A stretch of 64,000 bases of DNA from positions 1,306,110 to 1,370,109 of the forward strand of contig CAWCNY010000002.1 of the NCBI GenBank assembly GCA_963797095.1, in the 5' to 3' direction. The DNA is from an uncultured Chloroflexia bacterium. Lineage in GTDB: Bacteria; Chloroflexota; Chloroflexia; QHBQ01; JADMIH01. Shown here piece after piece: positions 51,629-60,603 of this stretch. The notes under the pieces were generated by a model. It had not been told where the DNA came from and searched no databases. It saw nothing but the letters and a program-made list of their open reading frames with translations. Position 1 is the first letter of the stretch. Every line of letters starts with the position of its first letter. Both the position numbers and the translations under genes were made by a program.

Positions 51629-52540
51629 CTACTCGCTACTCGACACCCAGATCTCGCCTTCAGCGGGAGGTTTCTGGCGCGGGGTCAGACCGGGGCCGCC
51701 CGTGACCCTTATTTGTTTGAGCGTATTGTCGGCCAGCATTTCGCCCAGTATGCGTTCGGTTACGCCTGCGTCCCAGCCGAACAGACGGGGGAACATGGCG
51801 GGGAGCGCGGCTCCAGAGGTCTCCAGGTAGCGGGTGATCAGGTGGCGCATAGCGGTACGGGTATTGTAGGCGCGTGCCTCTTCGGCCAGGCTGGGCATCC
51901 ACCTGATCAGCAGGTCGTACACATAGCAGTACTTCCACCTGTTGGCGTCTGAGATGCCCGATTTTACGATCTTGAGGTCGGTTTGTAGCTCCGCGATGGC
52001 GCGCTCAAATCTGCGCGCATTGTCGCCTCCGCCCGCCATTCCGACGGCCTTTCTCATGTCGCTGGTGGGCATGGGGCCGTTTTCCATGAGGGTTTCGTAT
52101 ATTTCCTTGGCCTCTTTGCTCAACAGGCCATCAGAGTAGGCTTCCAGGTAGTCGTCCAATTCGCCGTAGTTGGAGGATAAGGCGTAGATCGCGGGGAGGT
52201 CGCTCAACGAGACTAGAGCGGGCTTGCCCCTGATGAGTTTGCCGTACCACGCTTCTTTGCGTGCGGGGATCGTGTCCTTCCAGTCCCATGTTTTGCCGAG
52301 CGCCCAGTCGTGGTGGTGCTTGGGTAGCTTGCGTTCGTAGCCGTTGATGGCCGACCATAAATCAGGCAGAGGCAGATTATCGCCTGGAAAAAGGAGCACG
52401 ATTCCCGCCTGTTTGATGAACCGCACCGCCTCCTCCCGCGTGCGCACCTTGAGATCGGCGCTCAACCTGTAGCGAGGCCAGCGCAGGTTCAGCACATCCT
52501 GATAATTGATTACCTGCAAATCAGTAGCGTCAGCGACCAT
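51629..52540 (-). CDS. AlkZ/YcaQ-like winged-helix protein (putative DNA glycosylase)
   Basis: AVRFIKQAGIVLLFP..LPDLW, WDWKD, WYGKL, wHTH segment. The family assignment is from memory. Confidence 0.55.
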   Translation of the reverse strand: MVADATDLQVINYQDVLNLRWPRYRLSADLKVRTREEAVRFIKQAGIVLLFPGDNLPLPDLWSAINGYERKLPKHHHDWALGKTWDWKDTIPARKEAWYGKLIRGKPALVSLSDLPAIYALSSNYGELDDYLEAYSDGLLSKEAKEIYETLMENGPMPTSDMRKAVGMAGGGDNARRFERAIAELQTDLKIVKSGISDANRWKYCYVYDLLIRWMPSLAEEARAYNTRTAMRHLITRYLETSGAALPAMFPRLFGWDAGVTERILGEMLADNTLKQIRVTGGPGLTPRQKPPAEGEIWVSSSE

Positions 52541-52608
52541 CCTGATCCTTTCTCGATGACGAGTGACGAGTAGCGCGTATTTTCCTACGGGGAATTATAC
52601 CTCATTGT

Positions 52609-52689
52609 TCACTCGTCACTCGTCACTCGTCACTCGTCACTCGTCACTCGTCACTCGTCACTCGTCACTCGTCACTCGTCACTCGTCAC
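52609..52689. repeat. Heptamer tandem array (TCACTCG)x11
   Basis: Perfect tandem copies in the divergent intergenic region; complementary GACGAGT copies at 52558-52571. Confidence 0.95.
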
Positions 52690-52818
52690 CCATCATCTAT
52701 CCTCCATCAGCGCAAGGCGACATATCGCTTGCAGATGCGTTCTGCTTGACATATAATCAGAGCAGGCTGCCGCGACTTGTGTGTAGAAGTGCGTAGAAGT
52801 GTTCAGGAGAGTGCCTCA

Positions 52819-53817
52819 ATGTGTGCAAAACCCCCTGTGGTGACAAGGAAAACCTCTGCCGCCACCGAAGAAGAGGAGCAGGCCGCGCAGGCCAAACCGG
52901 TGCAGGCCGCCCTATTTACCGTCAATCAGCGCGGGGAACTGATGCAGCCTATGGCCGATATCCCCGCCCTCCACGCCACCTCCAGCCTCGATGTGGCGCG
53001 CTGGTGGTTCCGACGCCACCTTGAGCAGCAGCATCGTCCCATCAACACCATCGACTCGTATATGTATGACCTCGCCCTTTTTCAGCAGGGTGTGGGCAAT
53101 AAGACCATAGACAGGATCAACAGCACCGATATCGCTAACTTCCTGGGACAGGCTAACAGTAAGTCTACCCGCAAGCGCAGGCTCACCTCGCTACAGGGGT
53201 TGTACCGCTTCCTGGTGGACAAGGAAAAGGTGCTCGACCGCAACCTGGCCGATGGCTTTGTGCCCGACTATATCCCGCTCAAGACACCGCACACCCTTTT
53301 CCCCCAGGAGCAAGAAGCGATGCTTGACGCGGCGTTCGAGGAAAACCCGCGCACTTATCTGATTGTCTATCTGCTGATGAAATTGGGCCTCACCCGCACC
53401 GAGTTACTCGCTCTCAAAGTGGACCATATCGACGTGAGCGATGCCGATAAGCCTGTTGTCTATATCTATTACGAAGAAGTGCGCTGGCAGCCCAAGGAGC
53501 GAAAGCTGGCTGCCGGGCCGGAGTTCACCGACGCCTACAACAAGTACGTCGCCGAATACAAGCCTTTATCGCGCATGTTCAATCTGCTCCCGCAATCGAT
53601 CAACAAGATGGTGGCTCGCGTGGCCGAAGCCGCTCACATAACCAAGAACGTGACGCCCCAATCCCTTCGCGATACATTCGCGGTGGAGCAGGCCAAAGCC
53701 GGGGCCGAAGAAAAGCGCCTCCTTCAGATACTTGGCCTAGCGCCTGACAGCCGCAACCGCAAGAGCGTGCAGCGATATATCAAGCTGGCCGCGCCTCCGG
53801 TGGCGGGGGTAGTCTAA
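52819..53817 (+). CDS. Tyrosine recombinase-fold protein (XerC/D-like) with degenerate catalytic motifs
   Basis: SAM-like N-domain (NTIDSYMYDL...STRKRRLTSL..LYRFL); GLTRTEL, TPQSLRDTFA, ILGL...VQRY. Confidence 0.8.
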   Translation: MCAKPPVVTRKTSAATEEEEQAAQAKPVQAALFTVNQRGELMQPMADIPALHATSSLDVARWWFRRHLEQQHRPINTIDSYMYDLALFQQGVGNKTIDRINSTDIANFLGQANSKSTRKRRLTSLQGLYRFLVDKEKVLDRNLADGFVPDYIPLKTPHTLFPQEQEAMLDAAFEENPRTYLIVYLLMKLGLTRTELLALKVDHIDVSDADKPVVYIYYEEVRWQPKERKLAAGPEFTDAYNKYVAEYKPLSRMFNLLPQSINKMVARVAEAAHITKNVTPQSLRDTFAVEQAKAGAEEKRLLQILGLAPDSRNRKSVQRYIKLAAPPVAGVV

Positions 53818-53875
53818 CTACCCGATGGTGGACGGTAGATGGTGGGCTGTGGTAGTCCGACGTTGGACAGGGTAG

Positions 53876-54598
53876 GTGCTGGTGAACGATGGTAGCTTAC
53901 TAAGAAATCCAGGGCGGCAGCGTCCTGCGCGCAGTGTGTACTTTGTGCTTATGGCGAGCCTGCTGCTTGTCTTCGCTCATGCATACAGCCCTGCTGCCTT
54001 TGCGGATTCGATTTCGCCTCCACGTGATTACACCAAAGTAACAGTGGATGGGCGATATATCTTTGTGATGCTGGTTGGCAATAATTCACAGGTTCCCCTC
54101 GAATGGAGTAAAGTCGAGGAGATACGGAGCAAATACAGCCAATCCGGCCTGTATAAGAACGACGGCTCTACTACTCCACTTTGGACGGTGGATTGGTACG
54201 GTTCCGTAGACCTATCGTCGGATGGGCATCATCTGATACGATGGGGTCCATGGCCGCTCATGGGCCATTACGCAGAAACGGCTTTGACCTTCTGCGAAGA
54301 TGGCCGCGAGATAAATAGCTACCGCATCGACCAGTTGGTTACACTGCCCATTTTGCTTCCAAATACAACCAGTCACTTTGACTGGCTTCGGAGTGCGGAT
54401 TTGGACGAGGTCAGCGGCTTGCTGACTGTACAAACGCAACTCTGGGACTCATATGTGTTCGATGTGCGAACAGGCGGCGTTGTTACCGGGATTGCAATGC
54501 CTTTCTTACCTAAGTGCCTCATTTTGCCTGTTGCGCTGGTGATTAGCTGGATCGCCGTTCGATCTATATATCGCAAAAAGAAAGCTGTACAAAGATAA
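53876..54598 (+). CDS. Hypothetical exported protein with a C-terminal TM helix
   Basis: Signal-like segment ending AFA-DS; hydrophobic and basic C-terminus. Confidence 0.65.
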   Translation: MLVNDGSLLRNPGRQRPARSVYFVLMASLLLVFAHAYSPAAFADSISPPRDYTKVTVDGRYIFVMLVGNNSQVPLEWSKVEEIRSKYSQSGLYKNDGSTTPLWTVDWYGSVDLSSDGHHLIRWGPWPLMGHYAETALTFCEDGREINSYRIDQLVTLPILLPNTTSHFDWLRSADLDEVSGLLTVQTQLWDSYVFDVRTGGVVTGIAMPFLPKCLILPVALVISWIAVRSIYRKKKAVQR

Positions 54599-54600
54599 GA

Positions 54601-55065
54601 ATGACAGAAGGCTCTCATTCAGAACTAAACAGAACTGTAGTGACCCACACCTTCCGAGTACGCTATGCAGAAACGGATGCCATGGGCATCGCCCATCATA
54701 GCAGCTATGTGCTCTGGATGGAGATGGGCCGGACCGAGTTTATGCGCGCATACGGTTTTACTTATCGCCAGCTTGAGGAGATGGGCGTGCTTCTGCCTGT
54801 GCTCGAAATAAATGTGCGCTATCGCCAGGCCGCCGTGTACGACGATGAGCTACGAATCAGCACCTGGATGGATGAGTTGACCAGGGTGCGCGTGAAGTTG
54901 GCGTATTCGATCAGCCGCGTGAGCGATGGCGTGCTGCTGGCCGAAGCGTTTTCGCTCCACACTTTCGCGGGGCCTGATGGTCGCCCTTTACGCATAACCC
55001 ACCACCCCGAAGCGTGGGAGAAAATGCAGCGCATGGCCCCGCCCACGATCGATGCAGGCAGGTAG
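54601..55065 (+). CDS. Acyl-CoA thioesterase (YbgC/FadM hotdog fold)
   Basis: RVRYAETDAMGIAHHSSY..WMEMGR. Confidence 0.92.
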   Translation: MTEGSHSELNRTVVTHTFRVRYAETDAMGIAHHSSYVLWMEMGRTEFMRAYGFTYRQLEEMGVLLPVLEINVRYRQAAVYDDELRISTWMDELTRVRVKLAYSISRVSDGVLLAEAFSLHTFAGPDGRPLRITHHPEAWEKMQRMAPPTIDAGR

Positions 55066-55071
55066 CGGGGG

Positions 55072-55608
55072 CTACTGCATATAACTGAGATAGGCGGGTA
55101 CCCTGTCCTCGAACTTCGCCATCTCGTCTTCCACAGACATCGGCACTTTCAAGAGAGACGCAATCGGCACCGTCTGGTTGAATGTGCTGATCTTGCGGTT
55201 GATCGCTTCGATAGCCTCCCTGTGCTGGCGCGAGGCACGCTTGTGTATGCTGCGCAGCCTGTCAAGCTCCGATCTCAGCCGCTTGACGGCGTAGGGGTTC
55301 GATCCGATCTCGGCAAGCTCCTCTCTTAGCATCCTGAAATGGTAGTCCGCAGACCATTTGAGTCGCTCGGTCTCCTCTTCGATCTCCTGGGCCAGCCTCA
55401 TCCAATCGGGCGCATAGCCGCTGTTCTGCAACACCTTGAACGCCACGCGCATATCTTCGGGCACAAAGGGGTTGTCCTCCTGGTCGGCGAGCGGCTTGCC
55501 CGCACCCTCCAGGTTGTCGAATACTCCCGCCTCGATCGCCTCCTGTATGCGACGTTCGGCTAATCTCTCAAGCTTGATGATTACTTCATCTGCTGCGTAC
55601 TCGTCCAT
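55072..55608 (-). CDS. DUF1992 (DnaJ-related) domain protein
   Basis: AERRIQEAIEAGVFDNLEGAGKPL...LQNSGYAPDW. Confidence 0.88.
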   Translation of the reverse strand: MDEYAADEVIIKLERLAERRIQEAIEAGVFDNLEGAGKPLADQEDNPFVPEDMRVAFKVLQNSGYAPDWMRLAQEIEEETERLKWSADYHFRMLREELAEIGSNPYAVKRLRSELDRLRSIHKRASRQHREAIEAINRKISTFNQTVPIASLLKVPMSVEDEMAKFEDRVPAYLSYMQ

Positions 55609-55658
55609 TCAATTCCTACCTCTCAAAACCGGTATACCGCCCGCTTATGTGAATTATA

Positions 55659-56996
55659 TCACAAACTGATGGCGGATGGAATAGCTTGAGAAGGCATTTC
55701 CGGCACTTTTCGTGCCAGGTTGTGGGCGAGCAGCCAGCACATCAGGACTATTGCCAGCGTGCTGGCTCTCAGCGAAAGTGAAAAGACTTGGGGCAGGAAA
55801 AGCGAAGTTGCTATATAAGCTCCCCACAGTATGCCGCACCACGCGAATATCGTTCGGTGTTTCTGGAGTTGGGTGCTTTGCGCCAGGTAGGCCAGCCCCA
55901 GCGCTCCCGGCAGGACCAGCAAGCAGAGGTCGTGCGTGTTCAGTTGCGGGTTAGTTAGCATCGAGGCGAGCACTGTGAGAGCCATAAGCCCATCCCAGCG
56001 GCTGGCACGCGGCTCCCATCGCCCGCGCCACACCCACAGGAGGAGCGCCGCCATCCCAACCATCACGACAAGATTGGCGATGCGCACAATATCATCGGTG
56101 CCCCTTCCAAGCAGCGCCGTCAGGCCACCCGCCAGGCTGTGGCTGTACCAGGGATCGAGCAATAGCTCTCGTGCATATCCCTGCGCCCTCACCAGCATAT
56201 CGAGGTATCCTGGTATCCAGCCAAATCCTGCTGCAAGCACCGTCATCCCTGCTAGAGCACAACTCGTCGCGATCATCCCACCAAGAGTACGCCATCGCCG
56301 CTTCCAGAGCAGCACCAATACCAGAAATGGAAGCCATTGCACCTTCACGGCCAGCAAACCAAGAGCCAGCCCCGCGGGCAGATCGCGCCCCCGCTTCAAG
56401 AGGCCGATCCCAACCCCAAGCGCCAGCATCACGAGTCCGCTGCTCTGCCCTTGCTCCAGGTTCACTATGAGAGGGAACGAGGTAAGGCCGCCAATGAACA
56501 ATAGCAGGCGGCTATTGGCGGGAAGAGCCAGCGTCGAGAGTAAATACCACAGACCCCATGTCATGCATGCCAGGTTGAGCAGGTCCCACACGGCCCATGC
56601 CATGTTTGGTTCGATGCCCGATAGAGGCGACGCCAGCACCGCGATGAAAGGTGCGTAAGGATAAGGGTATTTCAGGGTTTCGCCCTTCCCCAGTCTGAGA
56701 TAACCCTCGGCGATCAGCCTTTGTTGCCCCTCTAGCTGTGCGTCCAGGTTGTATATCTCGGCCCCGCGCCCCTCGCTTACCATGCGCGACACTATGGTAA
56801 TGGCCGGGAAGTCGGTCTGGGTGAAAAGGCCGATCGGCCCGCCCACAGAGCGCCCGAACTGCACCCAGGTCCATGCCCCCCACACGAACACCAGCAGCAT
56901 AGCCGCCAGCGCCATCTGTAACCTTGTCTGCCTTAGCACGCCTGCCAATTGCTCACCGATGGTGGCAGGCACAGCGACTTCACCCGCTTTTTTCAT
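55659..56996 (-). CDS. GT87 / DUF2029 family membrane glycosyltransferase
   Basis: TDF, YPYAP, NLEQGQ, LAVKVQ, HDL; multi-TM. The start could be 57026. Confidence 0.85.
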   Translation of the reverse strand: MKKAGEVAVPATIGEQLAGVLRQTRLQMALAAMLLVFVWGAWTWVQFGRSVGGPIGLFTQTDFPAITIVSRMVSEGRGAEIYNLDAQLEGQQRLIAEGYLRLGKGETLKYPYPYAPFIAVLASPLSGIEPNMAWAVWDLLNLACMTWGLWYLLSTLALPANSRLLLFIGGLTSFPLIVNLEQGQSSGLVMLALGVGIGLLKRGRDLPAGLALGLLAVKVQWLPFLVLVLLWKRRWRTLGGMIATSCALAGMTVLAAGFGWIPGYLDMLVRAQGYARELLLDPWYSHSLAGGLTALLGRGTDDIVRIANLVVMVGMAALLLWVWRGRWEPRASRWDGLMALTVLASMLTNPQLNTHDLCLLVLPGALGLAYLAQSTQLQKHRTIFAWCGILWGAYIATSLFLPQVFSLSLRASTLAIVLMCWLLAHNLARKVPEMPSQAIPSAISL

Positions 56997-57097
56997 CTCA
57001 GCACGCATACACTCATGATACAGCACTCATGGCTTGCGCCGAATAGTACAAGAGTGCCGCCGCGTGGCATACTTTAGGGTAATTTGGGAGGTAAAGC

Positions 57098-57131
57098 AAA
57101 AGGCGGGTCGCCCTGTGCGGCTCGCCTTTTA
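57098..57131. terminator. Terminator hairpin downstream of the CAP gene
   Basis: AAAAGGCGGGTCGC...GCGGCTCGCCTTTT. Confidence 0.65.
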
Positions 57132-57147
57132 CCATGTCTTTCTTGAA

Positions 57148-58422
57148 TTATGGCTGGACGAAGATGACCGTGAAGTAGCTCATATTGTTCGCGCCCACCG
57201 CGTAGCCGACGCCCACCTGGGTGTACCTGCCGTCCATTATGATGGCCCTGTGGGGTGCGCTGTTCAGGTAGCTCTGCATCGCTATTTCGGCGGTCTGGTC
57301 GCTTGGATAGTTATTGCGGGCCAATATCTCACCGGCGTACTTGTATGCTACGCCGCGGTCGGTCAGCATGCTCAGGAACTTGGTGCCTTCCGGTGTCACA
57401 TGGCTGAAGTAGTTCCTGCTCGCCATGTCGTTGCTGCGATACCGTGACAGGTCGGTCAGCGCCGAGCTTAGCGTTACCTGTGCAAGTCCTGCGGCGGCTC
57501 TCTGCTCGTTGATCGCCTTTAGCACGTAACTTTCCTTGTCGGTGAGGGCGTTCTGAGGCTGGCTGCCCCCCGTGGGGACCTGGGGCGATGCCACGCCAGC
57601 GCCGCCCGATGGGGCCTGCGAAGCATTGCCTGTCCTATCGTAGGCTATTTTGCCCAGCAGGGTCAATTCGACCGCCTGGCCTTTGCTTGCCAGCTCAGGG
57701 TGATATTCCATGCGCGCCCGCTCGAACCACTGGACCGTCATCCCATCCTGCTTTACCGGCTCGGAGATAGGATAGCCGTATAGCTCGACGCCGCCGTTCT
57801 TATTCCAGTACGAGAGGAACGGCTCGGCCAGCGAGTGCCCGGTTTCCTTCACATAGGTCTTTGATGATGTGGAGGCGAAAGGCGCGGCTGTCGCGAACTG
57901 TGAACCCTCGCTTATCTGAACTCCGAGGCGCGTAAGCAGTACGCTGTAACCGGAATTCGCCAGGTCGGGGTGATATTCCATCCTGACGCGCTCAAAGTAC
58001 TGCACTCGGGTGCCGTTGTCCGTCATTTCATCGCTGATCGGGTAGCCCATTCTGCTGAGACCGTACTTCTGGTACATGTTCAGGAAATCGCCGCTCACGG
58101 TCTTATCGGTGGGCGCGAAATACTGGCTATTGGTGGGTGCGCCCGTGCTCGGCAGTGCCGAAGCCACAAGCTCAGTATGTGCGGGAGTTGTTCCGGCCCC
58201 CTGCTGGGTCGCCGTCTCGAACGAGGCGGCAGTGGGTTGTGCTAGCAGAGCTACGGCAAGGGCAATCGTGCCGAGCATATGCCCACCAACTCGCTTCAGC
58301 TTGAACGAGAAGCTGTTATTGGTGGGGCTTGCCGCGTAAGCCAGTTCGAGCGGCAGATAATCTTGCTGCGCTCCTGCAAACGCGGTGGTGTCAATATCTG
58401 AATTAAGAACGTTCGCCTGCAT
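57148..58422 (-). CDS. Secreted CAP/SCP-domain protein with two YFERA-type repeats
   Basis: QYFERVRMEYHP and QWFERARMEYHP; INEQR..AGL, DMASRNYFSH, GEILA, SAPHRAII, VGVG. Confidence 0.9.
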   Translation of the reverse strand: MQANVLNSDIDTTAFAGAQQDYLPLELAYAASPTNNSFSFKLKRVGGHMLGTIALAVALLAQPTAASFETATQQGAGTTPAHTELVASALPSTGAPTNSQYFAPTDKTVSGDFLNMYQKYGLSRMGYPISDEMTDNGTRVQYFERVRMEYHPDLANSGYSVLLTRLGVQISEGSQFATAAPFASTSSKTYVKETGHSLAEPFLSYWNKNGGVELYGYPISEPVKQDGMTVQWFERARMEYHPELASKGQAVELTLLGKIAYDRTGNASQAPSGGAGVASPQVPTGGSQPQNALTDKESYVLKAINEQRAAAGLAQVTLSSALTDLSRYRSNDMASRNYFSHVTPEGTKFLSMLTDRGVAYKYAGEILARNNYPSDQTAEIAMQSYLNSAPHRAIIMDGRYTQVGVGYAVGANNMSYFTVIFVQP

Positions 58423-58523
58423 TTCCCTCTCCTGTTTCGGACAGAGGTTGCAGGCAATCAGTGTGATGCAGTCACTTGACCATCCCTTAATGGTTTCGCC
58501 TTGTGGCGTGTGACTGGCTATCT

Positions 58524-58612
58524 GCCGGGCAACCTGGCTGTCTTAGCTCATGCGAGCCGTAGATCCAATGGCTTTGCGTCCCCACCTTTCGGTGAGTTTG
58601 CCTTTTTCCAGT
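58524..58612 (-). ncRNA. c-di-GMP-I (GEMM) riboswitch
   Basis: The minus strand reads GGAAAAAGGCAAACTCACC-GAAA-GGTGGGGACGCAAAGCCATTGGATCTACGGCTCGCATGAGCTAAGACAGCCAGGTTGCC. This contains GGCAAAC, the GAAA tetraloop, GGACGCAAAGC and the 3' CAGCC..GTTGCC, in the leader of the CAP gene. Confidence 0.9.
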
Positions 58613-58949
58613 TGGGTATCTAACTATAAAAGGATAATTGCTCCTGGTTATTGCACTCTTTGTTGCCAAGCCCAACATAGTTGGGGGCAGACGATTTCGC
58701 GTCTGAAATGATTGTACTTGACAATTAACCCACCTGGGAATACCTCATATGTACTATTTCTGCTCACCTTCTCATGCTAGCCCGGAAGTACGCTCCTGTT
58801 CATACTCCCTTCGAGTTAGGACCGTCCTAGAACCCGCTATGACCTGCCTGGGCAGGTACGCAATCGCACTCGCCGTGTTATAATTTGTAGGACATGCGCC
58901 GGTTGACCTCTCCGGCTCTTTTTGTTTTTATTGTAATCAGCAGAGGATC

Positions 58950-59267
58950 ATGATCGTGAAGGTTGTAGGAGATGTAGTAGATCGCGCGCTTGCGCGTATG
59001 ACGGCCGAGGAGAGGCGAGACCTGATCCTATCGGTAGTAGAGCGTATGCTGGCGCAGATGAGCGCCGAGGAGCGCAAGACATTAATGGAGCGCGTCGTAG
59101 ATAGCTTTCTGGACGGCCTTCCCGCCGAGGAGCGGCAGGCAACCGTCCGAGACCTGGTTCCACGCCTGCTGGCTCAAATGATGCGGAGCGGAGATATGTC
59201 TGTGGATGAGCTTCTGTGGGCTGCTATGGGCTCTCTTGGCGCGCTGGAAGAAAAGAGTAACGAGTGA
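58950..59267 (+). CDS. Small helical-repeat hypothetical protein
   Basis: Three MxAEER repeats; GAGG RBS; first gene of the operon with the MgtE-like gene. Confidence 0.75.
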   Translation: MIVKVVGDVVDRALARMTAEERRDLILSVVERMLAQMSAEERKTLMERVVDSFLDGLPAEERQATVRDLVPRLLAQMMRSGDMSVDELLWAAMGSLGALEEKSNE

Positions 59268-59317
59268 CGAGTAGCGAGTTACTGGTCACTCGCTACTCGC
59301 CACTCGTCACCAAAGCC

Positions 59318-60589
59318 ATGCCTTTTCTGAGCGAGCTGCTGAACAAAACCGTATACGACAGCCGTAACGAGGCCGTCGGCAAGTGCGTTGATGTGTACGT
59401 CAACCCCGACGAGCGGTTCCCGGCTGTGGCCGCCATTGGCCTGCAACGTGGAGGGCAGGAATACTTGCTGTCCGCGCTCGACCTTGTGCGCATGGACAAC
59501 AAAGGGATCGTGTGCGACGGCAAGCTGCGCGACCTGATCCTCTACGAGCCGACGGGCGACGAAATCAGCCTCGCCAAGCAGGTACTCGATAAGCAGATCA
59601 TCGACATCAACGGTAAGCGCGTAGTGCGTGTGAACGACCTTCAATTCGCCTACACCAACGGCAAATACTGGCTGGTGGCCGTGGACGCCAGCCCAACAGG
59701 CCTCGCCCGCCGTGTAGGTCTCGCCCGCCCCCTCTCGCGCATCTTCAGAACATTGGGCGGTCGCAACGGCGCGGCCCAGGGCCGCACAATCCCCTGGGAC
59801 CAGGTAGACCCCACCGCTATCGGCCCGGCTGGCGTGCCGCTCAAGGTGGCTCGCAACGACCTCTCCCAGATGCACCCCGCCGACCTCGCTGACATCATGG
59901 AAGATTTGGTGCGCGTGGACACGGAGGCGGTCGACTACGTCTTCTCGACCCTCGACCCGGAAGTGGCTGCCGACACTATGGAAGAGATCGATGAGGAGTT
60001 ACAGGCCGACGTATTAGGAAGTATAGAGCCTGAGCGCGCAGCCGACATCCTGGAGGATATGGACCCGGACGAGGCAGCCGATGTGCTGGGCGACCTTTCA
60101 GCCGCCCGCGCCGCCGACCTGCTCAGCCGCATGGACTACGAAGAAGCCGAGGATGTGCGCGAGCTACTGGCCTACCCGGAAGACAGCACCGGTGGTATCA
60201 TGACTACGTCGTATATAGCGATACCAGCCGATCTGACAGCCGAGCAGACCCTGGCACGCCTGCGCGAGCTTGCTCCCGACGCTGAGGACATATATTACCT
60301 GTATGTAGCCGAAGCCGATGAGACCTTGATTGGTGTTATCTCTCTCCGCGACCTGGTAATCGCGCCGCCCGGCAAAACAGTACGCGAGTTCATGACCACC
60401 CCGGTGATCCAGGTGCAGGCCACCAACTCGGTAGAGGATGTGGCAGCTGTGCTCGCCAAGTATAATCTTCTCGCGATACCCGTCACCGATGCACACGGCA
60501 AAATGCTGGGCAAAGTAACAGTCGATGACGCCCTCGATGCCGTGATCCCTGGGGCCTGGAAACGCAAGATGCCCAGGGTCTTCGGCTAA
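59318..60589 (+). CDS. MgtE-type cytosolic module: PRC-barrel + MgtE_N + CBS pair, no transmembrane domain
   Basis: VLDKQIIDINGKRVVRVNDL, MHPADLADI, MDPDEAAD, YPEDSTGGIMT, KYNLLAIPV..VTVDD. Confidence 0.88.
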   Translation: MPFLSELLNKTVYDSRNEAVGKCVDVYVNPDERFPAVAAIGLQRGGQEYLLSALDLVRMDNKGIVCDGKLRDLILYEPTGDEISLAKQVLDKQIIDINGKRVVRVNDLQFAYTNGKYWLVAVDASPTGLARRVGLARPLSRIFRTLGGRNGAAQGRTIPWDQVDPTAIGPAGVPLKVARNDLSQMHPADLADIMEDLVRVDTEAVDYVFSTLDPEVAADTMEEIDEELQADVLGSIEPERAADILEDMDPDEAADVLGDLSAARAADLLSRMDYEEAEDVRELLAYPEDSTGGIMTTSYIAIPADLTAEQTLARLRELAPDAEDIYYLYVAEADETLIGVISLRDLVIAPPGKTVREFMTTPVIQVQATNSVEDVAAVLAKYNLLAIPVTDAHGKMLGKVTVDDALDAVIPGAWKRKMPRVFG

Positions 60590-60603
60590 CCAGAATTCAA
60601 GCT

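Noticed and set aside
52609-52689. Tandem array considered as a CRISPR
   Set aside because: Pure 7-bp tandem with no spacers, and no cas genes in the window.
59264-59317. N-terminal extension MTSSELLVTRYSPLVTKA of the MgtE-like ORF
   Set aside because: It is translated heptamer repeat; ATG 59318 is the more plausible start.
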